Positions 1-9,302 of a DNA stretch of 32,961 bases are shown here, in pieces (positions within the stretch are counted from its first letter, which is position 1; every line of letters starts with the position of its first letter). The notes beneath the pieces are model-generated. The model saw only the letters and a program-made list of their open reading frames with translations, was not told the origin of the DNA and did not search any database. The stretch spans positions 1-32,961 of the forward strand of contig CAZQTZ010000001.1 of the NCBI GenBank assembly GCA_964596465.1. The letters are read 5' to 3'. Position numbers and translations under genes: made by a program. The stretch comes from an uncultured Candidatus Bathyarchaeia archaeon. GTDB taxonomy: Archaea; Thermoproteota; Bathyarchaeia; Bathyarchaeales; Bathycorpusculaceae.

Positions 1-1
1 A

Positions 2-394
2 TCAATCATATACGAAGATTTTGGCGAAAATCAAATAGCGGCTGAAATCACAGCTTCAACTACTCAGTCAAATTCATTCGAAAATCTCGCTAATCTACTC
101 GACGATATCTGCAATCCTGATGAAATGATGGGGTACATCCTCAAAAACGATACCGCAGCAAAAATAAATCTCAAAGATTCTTCTAAAGTAGTCGATTTCG
201 CAATGCTCTCTTCTCAAGCATTTGACTCTGCAATGGACTTATCTTCTTGCTTTAATGTAGGCAACATTAATAACATCGTAATCGACGCATCTGACATCAA
301 AGTACTTTGTGTAAACGTAAACGAAAATGCAATTAGCATATTCATGGAAAAGAACGCCGATCACAATACTATCCTGAACAAAATCTTTTCTTAA
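2..394 (+). CDS. Roadblock/LC7 (MglB-like) domain protein, 5'-truncated by the window edge
   Basis: The frame is open from nt 2, with no stop before the ATG at 125. The pattern of alternating hydrophobic strands and helices (FENLANLLDDI...GYILKND..AKINLKD...FAMLSSQAFDSA...GNINNIVIDASDIKVLCVNVNENAISIFMEKNAD) fits the roadblock fold. This was recognised by eye only. Confidence 0.45.
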   Translation, partial: SIIYEDFGENQIAAEITASTTQSNSFENLANLLDDICNPDEMMGYILKNDTAAKINLKDSSKVVDFAMLSSQAFDSAMDLSSCFNVGNINNIVIDASDIKVLCVNVNENAISIFMEKNADHNTILNKIFS

Positions 395-675
395 TCTCTA
401 AGTTTTTACTTTCTGATATTTCATTAATCTTTTAAGTTTTTAAGTAAGTTTTTCTTTTGAATCAACCCGTGTTATGGAAAACTTTGCTCTTTTAATTAAT
501 TTCTTCTTTGAGAATCTTAGTCTTTATTTAACTTTTAGAATCATGACCTTTATCTAAACTATAATACTCAAAAATTAACTTAGAAGCGTATTAAAAAATT
601 TTGAAGGATAAAAAAAATTTCGTAACTAAGATAAGTGAATAATTAAGAAAAAAGTTAGAATTATGTGTAAAGCAC

Positions 676-900
676 TTACTTAAGTGCAAGTAAGTTTTTC
701 TTGATGTTTTCTGCTACTTGGGCTCCAAGTGTCAACTGAGTTCCAATAGCGCACCATTTGGCTAGCTCTTCTATATCCCATTTTTCAAGTTTGGTTGGTT
801 CTTTTTTGAGATGATGTCTGCATTGACGAGAAAGAAAAGCTCGGGCTGCTGGCCCAAGTTCCTCGGCTAATACAGCTAGACAATCTTCTTCAACTGTCAT
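676..900 (-). CDS. Hypothetical 74-aa helical Cys-containing protein, translationally coupled to the upstream HAMP sensor
   Basis: Its ATG overlaps the stop of the HAMP gene in an ATGA (897-900). I recognised no family. Confidence 0.5.
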   Translation of the reverse strand: MTVEEDCLAVLAEELGPAARAFLSRQCRHHLKKEPTKLEKWDIEELAKWCAIGTQLTLGAQVAENIKKNLLALK

Positions 901-1730
901 TGCTTCTTAGTCTCCTCTTCTTCTTGTTCTTGACTTAATGCTTCAGTCATTCTGAATGCATTAATCATTCTTCTGAAAGCACCGACAAGTTCGTCTATTT
1001 CGTCTCCAGTCTTAATGTCAATGTTTTGTTTGAGGTAGTACCTTTGGTTTAGGTCTCCGAGTGAAACTTTGTGAGCTATTTCTGCTAGTTTCTTTAGTGG
1101 ATCTGTGATGCGTTTACCCATTACGAATGCTAAAGCAACTGAAATCACACTTATTATTACTATAAATGAGATGTTAATTATGTTGCTAAAGTTTGCGTAG
1201 TTCTGGGATTCAACTGTTGCGGCTTCAACGTTGTTTAGTGTTGCTGTTCTAACTTCAGCTAATTTGGAGTCAGCTTGTGTTACTGAATTCATTAGTATTG
1301 TTAGTTGGTCCCATATGAGTTCGTATTTGTTAGAGGCGCTACTACTGTAGATTGTATATATTTGTGTGATTGCGCCGTTGATTTGGTCTCTGTCAATGCT
1401 AACAACTTGATTAAATTTTTCTAGTAGTTCTGGTTCATTGGCTAGTGCGCTAAGTAGGTATGTTTCGGCGGGTTGCATTGTGTCTGCGCTTCTTACTATA
1501 ATTTCTTCTCCTTGTTGGGTGTTATCTGAGCTGTACATTAAAGACCCGAATTGTTTTTGGTCTAGTCCTTGTTGGTAGGCGTATGCGTTATTGTTGATTT
1601 CTACTTGTTGTTTGACTTTTGTTTGTAGGTCTGCCATGTGGATTGTGTTTATTGCGACCGCGACACCTGCCGCGATGAAAAGTCCTACTATCAAAAGGTA
1701 TGATAATAATAGTTTACGTCTAATTTTCAC
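897..1730 (-). CDS. Membrane sensor with two TM helices, an extracytoplasmic helical domain and a C-terminal HAMP domain, with no recognisable output domain
   Basis: There is an N-terminal TM (LLLSYLLIVGLFIAAGVAVAI) and a second TM (INISFIVIISVISVALAFVMG). A HAMP-like segment follows (RITDPLKKLAEIAHKVSLGDLNQ...TGDEIDELVGAFRRMINAF). The protein ends about 25 aa after the HAMP domain. Confidence 0.7.
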   Translation of the reverse strand: MKIRRKLLLSYLLIVGLFIAAGVAVAINTIHMADLQTKVKQQVEINNNAYAYQQGLDQKQFGSLMYSSDNTQQGEEIIVRSADTMQPAETYLLSALANEPELLEKFNQVVSIDRDQINGAITQIYTIYSSSASNKYELIWDQLTILMNSVTQADSKLAEVRTATLNNVEAATVESQNYANFSNIINISFIVIISVISVALAFVMGKRITDPLKKLAEIAHKVSLGDLNQRYYLKQNIDIKTGDEIDELVGAFRRMINAFRMTEALSQEQEEEETKKQ

Positions 1731-2223
1731 GGTCTTAATTCACCTCTCTGGTTTATGGTCTTAGGTGTCTCATACGTGTGGTATTTTGACACGTTTTATA
1801 GGCTATCTTGAATATTAACTGTTAATAAACGTTATACATTGCTGTTTTGTACTGCGTGTCTGTACTACAAAACTACAAAACCATTATCAAATTCAAACAA
1901 ACAAAAACCATGCGAGATAATAAAGAAATCATATCCCGAGGCACAAACTTTATTTTAAACAAATTCCCCTAATGCCACTTAGGGCTAACTGCAATGAACG
2001 CATCACAAACCTCTTCACCTCGCATTTATTCATGCGCAGGATACAGTTACACTTCCAGAAAAAATTCTGGATTTGGAAAAAACTAAACAGTTAACCTCCA
2101 CCTAAATGTTTTAGTTCTAATTGCTGTATTACCTGAAGAGTATTAAAGGTGTGAATGTCAGATAGTCAATAAGAGAAAGCGTATCATTAAGTAACCCTAA
2201 GAACTAAAGGAGAAAAAAATAAA

Positions 2224-3297
2224 ATGCACAAGAAACTCTTGATTCCCGGTCCTACAGAAGTAGGTCAGGAAGTCCTCCGTGAACAATCTCGCCCCATGAT
2301 AGGTCATAGAAGTAAAGACTTTAGCGAGCTATACGGTGGAATAACAAATAAACTCGCCAAGTTCTTTGAACTTACAACAGAATATAAACCTACTGTAACT
2401 ACAGCTTCGGGAACCTTATGGTTTGACATTGTTGGTCGAAGCGTTGTTAAAAACAAAGCTCTTGTTTGTGTAAACGGTGCGTTTGCTCAACGATTTGGGG
2501 AAATCATTAAGTCATGCGGCAAACAAGCTGACTGGATAGATATCGAATGGGGTAAAGCAGCCAAGCCTGAGGCGATAGCAACAAAACTAGATTCAGGCGA
2601 GTACGATACCTTAGTTGTTTGTCATAATGAAACCTCTACTGGTGTGCGAAGTCCAGTACATGAGATTGGTAAACTTGTGCGCAAAAACTATCCTGACGTT
2701 ATGTTCGTAATTGATAGTGTCTCTTCGCTTGCAGGTGATAAACTAATCCCCTCAGAAATCGGGTGCGATGTCATTTTCTCTTCAAGTCAAAAATGCTTCG
2801 CTCTACCCCCTGGTCTGGGTATAGCTCTAGTACATGATCGTGCTATAGACCGCGCCAAACAAGTTCCTAACCGAGGTGGCTACACTGATCTTGCAGAAAT
2901 CTTTGAGTTCGAAAAGAAACATCAAACACCTTATACTCCAAACATTTCACTACTTTACGCATTAGATAAACGCATGGATCTTCTAATCGCTGAAACCTAT
3001 GAAAAAGTCTACCAACGTCACAAGGATATGGCTGATTACACACAAACCTGGGCCAAAAAGCACTTCGAGATGTTTCCTGAAGAAGGTTACGCTTCAATAA
3101 CTGTAAGTTGCATTAAGAACACCTTATCAAAAAGCATAAGCGAACTAAACCAGAAACTAGCAGAAAAAGGCTTAAACATAAGCAATGGTTATGGCAAACT
3201 AGCTGACAAAACCTTCCGTATAGGTCACATGGGTGAATGGAACCTAGCAGAAATTAAGGATGTCATTGCAGCTATCGACGAAATCTGGAACCTATAA
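2224..3297 (+). CDS. Class V PLP-dependent aminotransferase (AGXT/serine-pyruvate/archaeal phosphoserine aminotransferase type)
   Basis: The N-terminus LLIPGPTEV is typical. The segment SSQKCFALPPGLG carries the PLP-lysine context. At 357 aa it is typical of the MJ0959-like family. Confidence 0.85.
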   Translation: MHKKLLIPGPTEVGQEVLREQSRPMIGHRSKDFSELYGGITNKLAKFFELTTEYKPTVTTASGTLWFDIVGRSVVKNKALVCVNGAFAQRFGEIIKSCGKQADWIDIEWGKAAKPEAIATKLDSGEYDTLVVCHNETSTGVRSPVHEIGKLVRKNYPDVMFVIDSVSSLAGDKLIPSEIGCDVIFSSSQKCFALPPGLGIALVHDRAIDRAKQVPNRGGYTDLAEIFEFEKKHQTPYTPNISLLYALDKRMDLLIAETYEKVYQRHKDMADYTQTWAKKHFEMFPEEGYASITVSCIKNTLSKSISELNQKLAEKGLNISNGYGKLADKTFRIGHMGEWNLAEIKDVIAAIDEIWNL

Positions 3298-3342
3298 TCC
3301 CAACTTTAATTTGCAATTTGATTCTCTGCGAGATAGATTCTA

Positions 3343-4620
3343 ATGGTTGACATCAGACCTTTCAAAGCTATACGATACACGGAAAAAGCTGGGCAAGCAA
3401 AAAACCTCATAACCCAACCCTATGATAAAATAGATCAGGATATGCAAAGGGAATACTACGAAAAATCCCCATATAATTACTGCAGATTAATACTGCCTTT
3501 AGAAGAAAATCGTTATCAAACGGTACATCAAAGAATTTATGAATGGCTAAATGAGCACATCCTCGATAAAGACGAGGAATCATCTGTTTTTGTTTTTCGA
3601 CAAGAATTCTATTTAGATGGTCAAAATTGCATTCGTACAGGTTTACTAGCAGCATTACGGCTCTGCAATTATAATGAAAATATTATTTTCCCTCATGAAA
3701 CAACATTTTCTGCGCCCAAAGCTGACCGCTTAAATATGCTTAGAACCATACAGAAAAACCTAGAACCTGTTTTTCTGATATACTCTGACCCAGAGCACAA
3801 GACAATTGATTTTTTCACTGAGGTTTCAAAAACCAAACCCCTAATCGAGGTAGAAGACCAATTCTTAGTTCGTCACAAACTCTGGAAAATAACCGACTCG
3901 GACAAAATTTCAATATTACAAGAAGCTCTGAAAACAAAAAAACTTGTCATAACAGACGGTCATCATAGATATGAAAGTGCTTTAGCTTATAGAGATGAAA
4001 GACGCAAGCAAATTGAATGGACTGACGATTCTGCATTTAATTTTCATATGAGTTATATGGTTCCAGTACAAGACGACGGATTAGTAATACTGCCAACTCA
4101 TCGGCTACTACGAAAACTTGATTTAACAAACGAAGTAATCGACACTCTTAAAAAGTATTTTACAGTCTCCGAAATTAATCCTAAAGTTAGTGAAATTGAA
4201 ACTTTTCTCTCAAATCATAAAATGGAACATGCTTTTTGTATTTATATCGGTAGTAAAGCCATCGGATTAATACTTAAAGATGAGAAGAAAGTTCTCGAAG
4301 CATCTAACGGGGGCAACTCCCATGAAGTAAGCTTATTGGATGTTGTAATCCTTCGTGATTTCATTTTCAAATATCTAATGAAGACCGGAGAGCTCAAAAT
4401 GGATGAGGACATACTATATGAGCGTTCAATACGCGTTGCAATGGATAAAGTTGATAACGGTGAAGCTAAACTTGCTTTCTTAGTTAATCCAATAGATCCT
4501 GCATTGGTATGGAAAATAGCTCAGAAACGCGAGCGGTTACCTGAAAAATCCACTGACTTTTATCCCAAACCCGTTTCCGGATTAGTTATGATGGATATAG
4601 CTTCTGAAGAAAAACTATGA
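3343..4620 (+). CDS. DUF1015 family protein
   Basis: It has the N-terminus IRPFKAIRY, the signature ITDGHHRYESALAY and the motif ILPTHRLL. The length (425 aa) fits, as does its position next to a class V aminotransferase. Confidence 0.8.
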   Translation: MVDIRPFKAIRYTEKAGQAKNLITQPYDKIDQDMQREYYEKSPYNYCRLILPLEENRYQTVHQRIYEWLNEHILDKDEESSVFVFRQEFYLDGQNCIRTGLLAALRLCNYNENIIFPHETTFSAPKADRLNMLRTIQKNLEPVFLIYSDPEHKTIDFFTEVSKTKPLIEVEDQFLVRHKLWKITDSDKISILQEALKTKKLVITDGHHRYESALAYRDERRKQIEWTDDSAFNFHMSYMVPVQDDGLVILPTHRLLRKLDLTNEVIDTLKKYFTVSEINPKVSEIETFLSNHKMEHAFCIYIGSKAIGLILKDEKKVLEASNGGNSHEVSLLDVVILRDFIFKYLMKTGELKMDEDILYERSIRVAMDKVDNGEAKLAFLVNPIDPALVWKIAQKRERLPEKSTDFYPKPVSGLVMMDIASEEKL

Positions 4621-4732
4621 TATTCTATCCTATCATGTTTCTCTTTTTTAATCACTTTATGTTTTAAAAATAGTAGTGATTTTCTGTTTTCAACAGATTA
4701 GCGCTTTTTGATTAAACAAGGGAAATTGATAT

Positions 4733-4876
4733 TTATTTTATGAATTTAGTGGGTTGTCTTTTGAATCTTTTTTTGCACTGGAGACTGCAAAAATGGATTG
4801 TTTCGCCGTCATAGGTTATTTTGAATTTGGCGGTATTTTCATCTAATACCATTCCGCAGACAGGGTCTCTGTACAT
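4733..4876 (-). CDS. YHS/TRASH-type metal-binding mini-protein (47 aa), not in the supplied ORF track
   Basis: I translated it by hand as MYRDPVCGMVLDENTAKFKITYDGETIHFCSLQCKKRFKRQPTKFIK. This matches the YHS pattern DPVCGM...Y.G....FCS..C...F...P. It has an ATG start and a TAA stop. Confidence 0.55.
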   Translation of the reverse strand: MYRDPVCGMVLDENTAKFKITYDGETIHFCSLQCKKRFKRQPTKFIK

Positions 4877-4932
4877 TTTTTTTGGTCTTAACCTCAAAAT
4901 AGAGAATATTACGGCTCTTTTATGGTTAGTGG

Positions 4933-6084
4933 TTAAAAAAAGCTAACCACGGCCGAATCAGAATTATTTGCCGCTTTTATTTCTTCTATAGTAGTTTTAG
5001 TTAATGCTTTTATGTTATTGAAGTCGCTCATTTCTCCATAGCTAACAATAGTTATTGCTGTACCTTCTGTTCCTTTTCTAGCAGTTCTTCCTACGCGGTG
5101 GAAATAGACTGGTGGATCATTTGGTACATCATAGTTAATTATGTGGGTTATGCCTTCTATGTCTAGGCCTCTGGCGGCAACGTCTGTAGCTACTAATAGG
5201 TTTAGTTTTCCAGCTCGGAAGGCGTTTATTACGCGCTCTCTTTGTGGTTGAGTAAAACCTGCGTGTAGTGCTTGGGTTTTGTATCCTTTTTGGGAGAGTT
5301 TCTCTGCGATTTTGCTTGTTTCTCGGCGAGTTCTGCAGAACACTATTGCTCTATCGATGTTGTCTTCATGAAGGATGTTGCATAATGTTTCGAACTTAGC
5401 GTGTGGATTGACTACGATGTAATATTGCTTCATTTGGGTGACGCCTATTTCATCTTTACTTACGAAGATTTTTACAGGATTTTTCATGTATCTGTTGCAG
5501 ACGTTCATCACGGTTTTGTCAATAGTTGCGCTGAATAGGCTTGTTTGTCTATTTGTCGGTGCTTTTGATAGAATGAAATTTATGTCATCGATAAATCCCA
5601 TGTCTAGCATTCGATCAGCTTCGTCGAGGACTAAGATTTTTAGAAAAGATAAGTTTAACATGCGTCTTTCTATTAGGTCGATTACACGACCGGGTGTTCC
5701 GACAACAATTTGTGCGCCACTTTGGAGTTCACGCATTTGTCTCTCCATTGAGGCTCCACCGTAAACTGCTAAGACTCTAAGTTTAACATGCTTTGAGAAC
5801 TGAATCATGTTCTGTGTGACTTGCATTGCTAGTTCACGCGTAGGGACAAGAATTAAACCTTGTACCTTCTTGACTTGAGAATCAAGTCGTTGGACCATAG
5901 GCACTCCAAAGGCAGCGGTTTTTCCTGTGCCTGTTTGTGCTTGTCCGATAACATCTTTGCCTTCAAGCAAAGGCATTATCGCTTGGGCCTGGATGGGAAA
6001 AAGTGAGTCAAATCCAAGCTCTCTTATGCTTCTTTGGACCTGCGCACTCAAGGGTAGGTCCTTAAATGATTGTACTTGTAACAT
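4933..6084 (-). CDS. DEAD-box ATP-dependent RNA helicase
   Basis: The full motif set is present: Q motif (FDSLFPIQ), AQTGTGKT, PTRELA, DEAD, SAT, VATDVAARGLD and HRVGRTARKG. Confidence 0.92.
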   Translation of the reverse strand: MLQVQSFKDLPLSAQVQRSIRELGFDSLFPIQAQAIMPLLEGKDVIGQAQTGTGKTAAFGVPMVQRLDSQVKKVQGLILVPTRELAMQVTQNMIQFSKHVKLRVLAVYGGASMERQMRELQSGAQIVVGTPGRVIDLIERRMLNLSFLKILVLDEADRMLDMGFIDDINFILSKAPTNRQTSLFSATIDKTVMNVCNRYMKNPVKIFVSKDEIGVTQMKQYYIVVNPHAKFETLCNILHEDNIDRAIVFCRTRRETSKIAEKLSQKGYKTQALHAGFTQPQRERVINAFRAGKLNLLVATDVAARGLDIEGITHIINYDVPNDPPVYFHRVGRTARKGTEGTAITIVSYGEMSDFNNIKALTKTTIEEIKAANNSDSAVVSFF

Positions 6085-6373
6085 TTTTCGATTTTTTTCC
6101 TGCCACAGGGATCATGCGTCTTTTTCAAAAGCTTTCAGAAGCTTCAGTTATTACATGAATTAATGTGACGTCTCAACATCATAAATTCGCATATAAAAAC
6201 GTTTACTACGTAATTAGTAAGACACACCAAAGTCGGATGATGTTTTTTGTTTGGTTTGAGAAATTTTTATTTAAGGTTTGTGGTCAAACAGGTTTCTGTT
6301 TTTGATATGTTATTAGATCTGTAATAAGAATTTAAAATGTACACCTCTTATATTTTTAAGGGAGAAGGTAAAC

Positions 6374-6601
6374 TTGCAGAATACTGTAGCGGCTTTGCTT
6401 CTAGTTACTGCCTCAGTAGTTTTAGCTTGCGTTGTAGTTGATTACGCTGTTATTATAGTTCAAAATACACTTCAAACTACAAATATTCCTCAACTTGAAA
6501 GGTTGAAGACAATAGAAAATTCTTTGCTGAACGCGACAGACTCTTTATGGAATCAAACTCAGCCAATTCCGCCAAGCACCCCTACGCCAGCAGTACCCTG
6601 A
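6374..6601 (+). CDS. Small membrane protein with one N-terminal hydrophobic helix and a Pro/Thr tail, possibly pilin-like
   Basis: It has a TTG start preceded by GGGAGAAGGT. The helix is AALLLVTASVVLACVVVDYAVIIV, and the C-terminus is PIPPSTPTPAVP. No family was recognised. Confidence 0.35.
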   Translation: MQNTVAALLLVTASVVLACVVVDYAVIIVQNTLQTTNIPQLERLKTIENSLLNATDSLWNQTQPIPPSTPTPAVP

Positions 6602-6639
6602 TTTATCTATTCTTATATTAATCCAGATTTGTTTACATT

Positions 6640-6882
6640 TTAAAAAGTAAATTCTTTAGTTAGATTTCGTTTATTCTCAGGCACTTTTTTTCTGATACCT
6701 TTAATTTTGGCGTTTGAAGCTTTTATCCTTGGTCTTTCAGGGGTATCTGTTGATTGCGCCAAAGTTTTTTTAGGTATCAAAACTTCCGCTAAAGTCTGCA
6801 GATTTTCCTCTAATGCTTTCAGCTCTTTTTGTATATTTCTAATTTCTCCTATGAGCTTCTCTGATTCATCATTTCTTGGCAT
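6640..6882 (-). CDS. Hypothetical coiled-coil protein with a basic tail
   Basis: ORF evidence only. It has a heptad-like N-terminal half and a Lys/Arg-rich C-terminal half. Confidence 0.35.
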   Translation of the reverse strand: MPRNDESEKLIGEIRNIQKELKALEENLQTLAEVLIPKKTLAQSTDTPERPRIKASNAKIKGIRKKVPENKRNLTKEFTF

Positions 6883-6912
6883 AATCTTTCTCTATCTTTC
6901 GCTGTCACAGCT

Positions 6913-7398
6913 ATGGTAATAAATCTTCTTTCCAACTTCGAAACATCATTTGTCGTTCATATTCTAGGTCGAACTGTTTTTATCCTTAAACTACCCCTAA
7001 TCCTGATTGAGGTCAAGCATGTGCCTAGCTCTGAAAACAACAAAGAGCCAATTCAGCAAACCAACGCCGCATCAGTTCAAGATGCAGGTCAAAAAGAAAA
7101 CAAAGACATACCTTACAATAAATCTAGGATTCATGCGCGAAGACAAAACCGTGATAGGCGCTACAAATCAGGCGGGGATATCATGCTTGAGAAGGCTATG
7201 AAATTAGCTCAGAGCGGCAGAGTTGAGTTCTTAGATAATGGCGTCTATAATGTAATTGGGGACCATGGCACCTATACAGTTGCTTTAGATCACACTGGGA
7301 AACTGAGTTGTAACTGTCCTGGGTTCATACAAAAAGGAAAGTGTAGCCATACTACGGCTGTTATGCTTATCACAAAGAATCGTCGCAAGCGTCATTGA
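6913..7398 (+). CDS. SWIM zinc-finger protein; the true start may be the ATG at 7183, giving 71 aa
   Basis: The C-terminus CNCPGFIQKGKCSHTTAV matches the SWIM pattern CxC...CxH. The internal ATG at 7183 is preceded by GGCGGGGA. The N-terminal 90 aa of the long ORF are low-complexity and overlap the divergent promoter region. Confidence 0.6.
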   Translation: MVINLLSNFETSFVVHILGRTVFILKLPLILIEVKHVPSSENNKEPIQQTNAASVQDAGQKENKDIPYNKSRIHARRQNRDRRYKSGGDIMLEKAMKLAQSGRVEFLDNGVYNVIGDHGTYTVALDHTGKLSCNCPGFIQKGKCSHTTAVMLITKNRRKRH

Positions 7399-7421
7399 TT
7401 GCTGATAGGTTGCTTTTTAAG

Positions 7422-7841
7422 TTACCAGAAGCCCCCTTTTGCTTGGATGTCTATTTGAGCATCTAGTGAACCTGCTCCAATAGTCTTAAACGTAAGAGTG
7501 TAGTCTCCGCTATTTATTGGGAAATAATCGCTAGAGTAGAGTGTTTGTTCACTTTGTGCTTTCTGATGAGACCAAATCGTTGTGCCATTGCTACTTAGTA
7601 TTGTAGCTTGCCATAATGAAGCACCGTTGTTTACCTTGACTTGGATTTGAATTGAATTATCTAGAATTGGAACATTGAATTCTTTATCCTCTGTTGTTGC
7701 TCCTATTGTAAAAGCAACTGGAAAACTCAATATATTTTTAGGATAAGTCCAAAAGGAAAAAGCAATAGATGCAACAATGATTATGATACCCGTTATTATG
7801 ATTCCTTTCAAAAGTCTCGAGGTTCTATTTCTTGCTTCCAA
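7422..7841 (-). CDS. Hypothetical N-terminally anchored membrane protein with a beta-rich ectodomain
   Basis: It has a TTG start and a TM helix (GIIITGIIIIVASIAFSFW), followed by about 100 aa of alternating beta-like sequence. Confidence 0.45.
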   Translation of the reverse strand: MEARNRTSRLLKGIIITGIIIIVASIAFSFWTYPKNILSFPVAFTIGATTEDKEFNVPILDNSIQIQVKVNNGASLWQATILSSNGTTIWSHQKAQSEQTLYSSDYFPINSGDYTLTFKTIGAGSLDAQIDIQAKGGFW

Positions 7842-7957
7842 GTTAATACTTCCATCATGCTATATGTATGGTACACGGGCTCTATCATTATTGGTTAAGT
7901 TGTAGATATTTCCTTTTATTTTTTTATGCGTTAAGTTTTTCTTATTTTTGTAGATGT

Positions 7958-8089
7958 TCATGTTAGGTTTTTATCTGGGCAGCTCTTTGCTTCAGTTCTT
8001 TTTATGCTATGGTGAACATATCCTAAGAAGGCTAAAGGGGCAATACCTGAAATTAATCCTATCAGTAACAATGTGGTTGAGTCAGACAT
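7958..8089 (-). CDS. Possible 43-aa single-TM peptide, not in the ORF track
   Basis: I translated it by hand as MSDSTTLLLIGLISGIAPLAFLGYVHHSIKRTEAKSCPDKNLT. AGGAA lies upstream of the ATG. There is no further support. Confidence 0.2.
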   Translation of the reverse strand: MSDSTTLLLIGLISGIAPLAFLGYVHHSIKRTEAKSCPDKNLT

Positions 8090-8504
8090 GAGTTGTTCCT
8101 TCTTATTATCGTAAATCCTAATATGATGGTTTTATTTTAATTTTATTGTGATTTATTCAAAATTAACGCAAAATAAGCTAAAAATATGCTAATTGATTTG
8201 TACAACATGAATACAATTAAAATATTCTGTTGAAAATCATGATACTCGGGTGAATTCGGGCATTCCTCTAATGAAGATTATGTGATATGATTTTACTTCT
8301 TATGCTCTTGAATACAATAATTCTAAAGTCTTCTTGCACAACTGTATCTTAGTGTATTTATGTGCACTGTGGTGTTTTATAAACTATGAAAAACTGTCTT
8401 CGTGATTCATTAGGTTTAAATGTGAATTCTCCCTTTAACAAGAAAGGTCAATGGCTGTTGGCATCTGGCTACCACAATTTAGCCAACGGTTGCGTGTAAA
8501 ATAA

Positions 8505-8846
8505 ATGGCTGCGAATCAACAAGACTTCGATGAAATTCTGATAAACGCAATAGATGATGCTTTGCTCTCTTTAGGCACATCAGCCAGGCAGTCGATTTAC
8601 TTTCATCTAAAAAATAACTTTAACGTGGACAAAGAAATGATTCCTCAAAAACTCGAGGTATTTCAGGAAGGCTTAGAGAAAATATTTGGCATCGGAGCAC
8701 GTTTTCTTGAAATATTAATCATGAAAAACCTCTACACTAGACTAGGCCGGACTTTAAATATGCAGAAAAATGACTCGCTTGAATTTGTCAAATACGTGGC
8801 TGCGGCAAAACAGAATTTTATAAAAGATGTTCAAATGAGTAATTAA
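8505..8846 (+). CDS. Hypothetical protein (113 aa)
   Basis: It is a clean ATG ORF in a long AT-rich intergenic context. No family was recognised with confidence. Confidence 0.5.
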   Translation: MAANQQDFDEILINAIDDALLSLGTSARQSIYFHLKNNFNVDKEMIPQKLEVFQEGLEKIFGIGARFLEILIMKNLYTRLGRTLNMQKNDSLEFVKYVAAAKQNFIKDVQMSN

Positions 8847-9252
8847 GTCAAATCTGATTATTAGTAAGAGTTATCCAATAATTTGGTTAATATTGAGTTA
8901 TGTCTCAAAGATTTTTCAAGACGCGGCATAATCTTGCTGTTTGATTTCTACGTTTTTTCAATAAGGATTCTTAATTAAGAGTTAATATACTCAGTTTTTC
9001 CCTGTTTGATTTTTATTAAGAATTGAGTTTTTAAGAAATAATTTGTTACGTTTTTGTAAAAATTATTCGCTTTCTTATGGAAAAATTTAAACTTATTTTT
9101 AATATTGGTTTTTTGAAGGGGTTTTCTTAAAAAAGCCTTTTTATTGCTTTTTTATTTGTCCTTATTTTGTGTATTTTCCCGTGCGTCTTTAGGCTGGTTG
9201 GGTGTTCAATTGTAAGAATAGTGTAAAAACAACTTAAATATGCGCTAAGCGT

Positions 9253-9302
9253 AGCGTACAAAGCGATTAACTAAACACTATACTGAGATAGTGTAGTACG
9301 CT
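9253..9302. promoter_or_regulatory. Nested inverted repeat upstream of nrdR containing NrdR-box-like half-sites
   Basis: The inner palindrome is ACACTAT (9275-9281) N6 ATAGTGT (9288-9294). The outer arms are AGCGTAC (9253-9259) and GTACGCT (9296-9302). The element ends 11 nt before the nrdR ATG. Confidence 0.45.
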
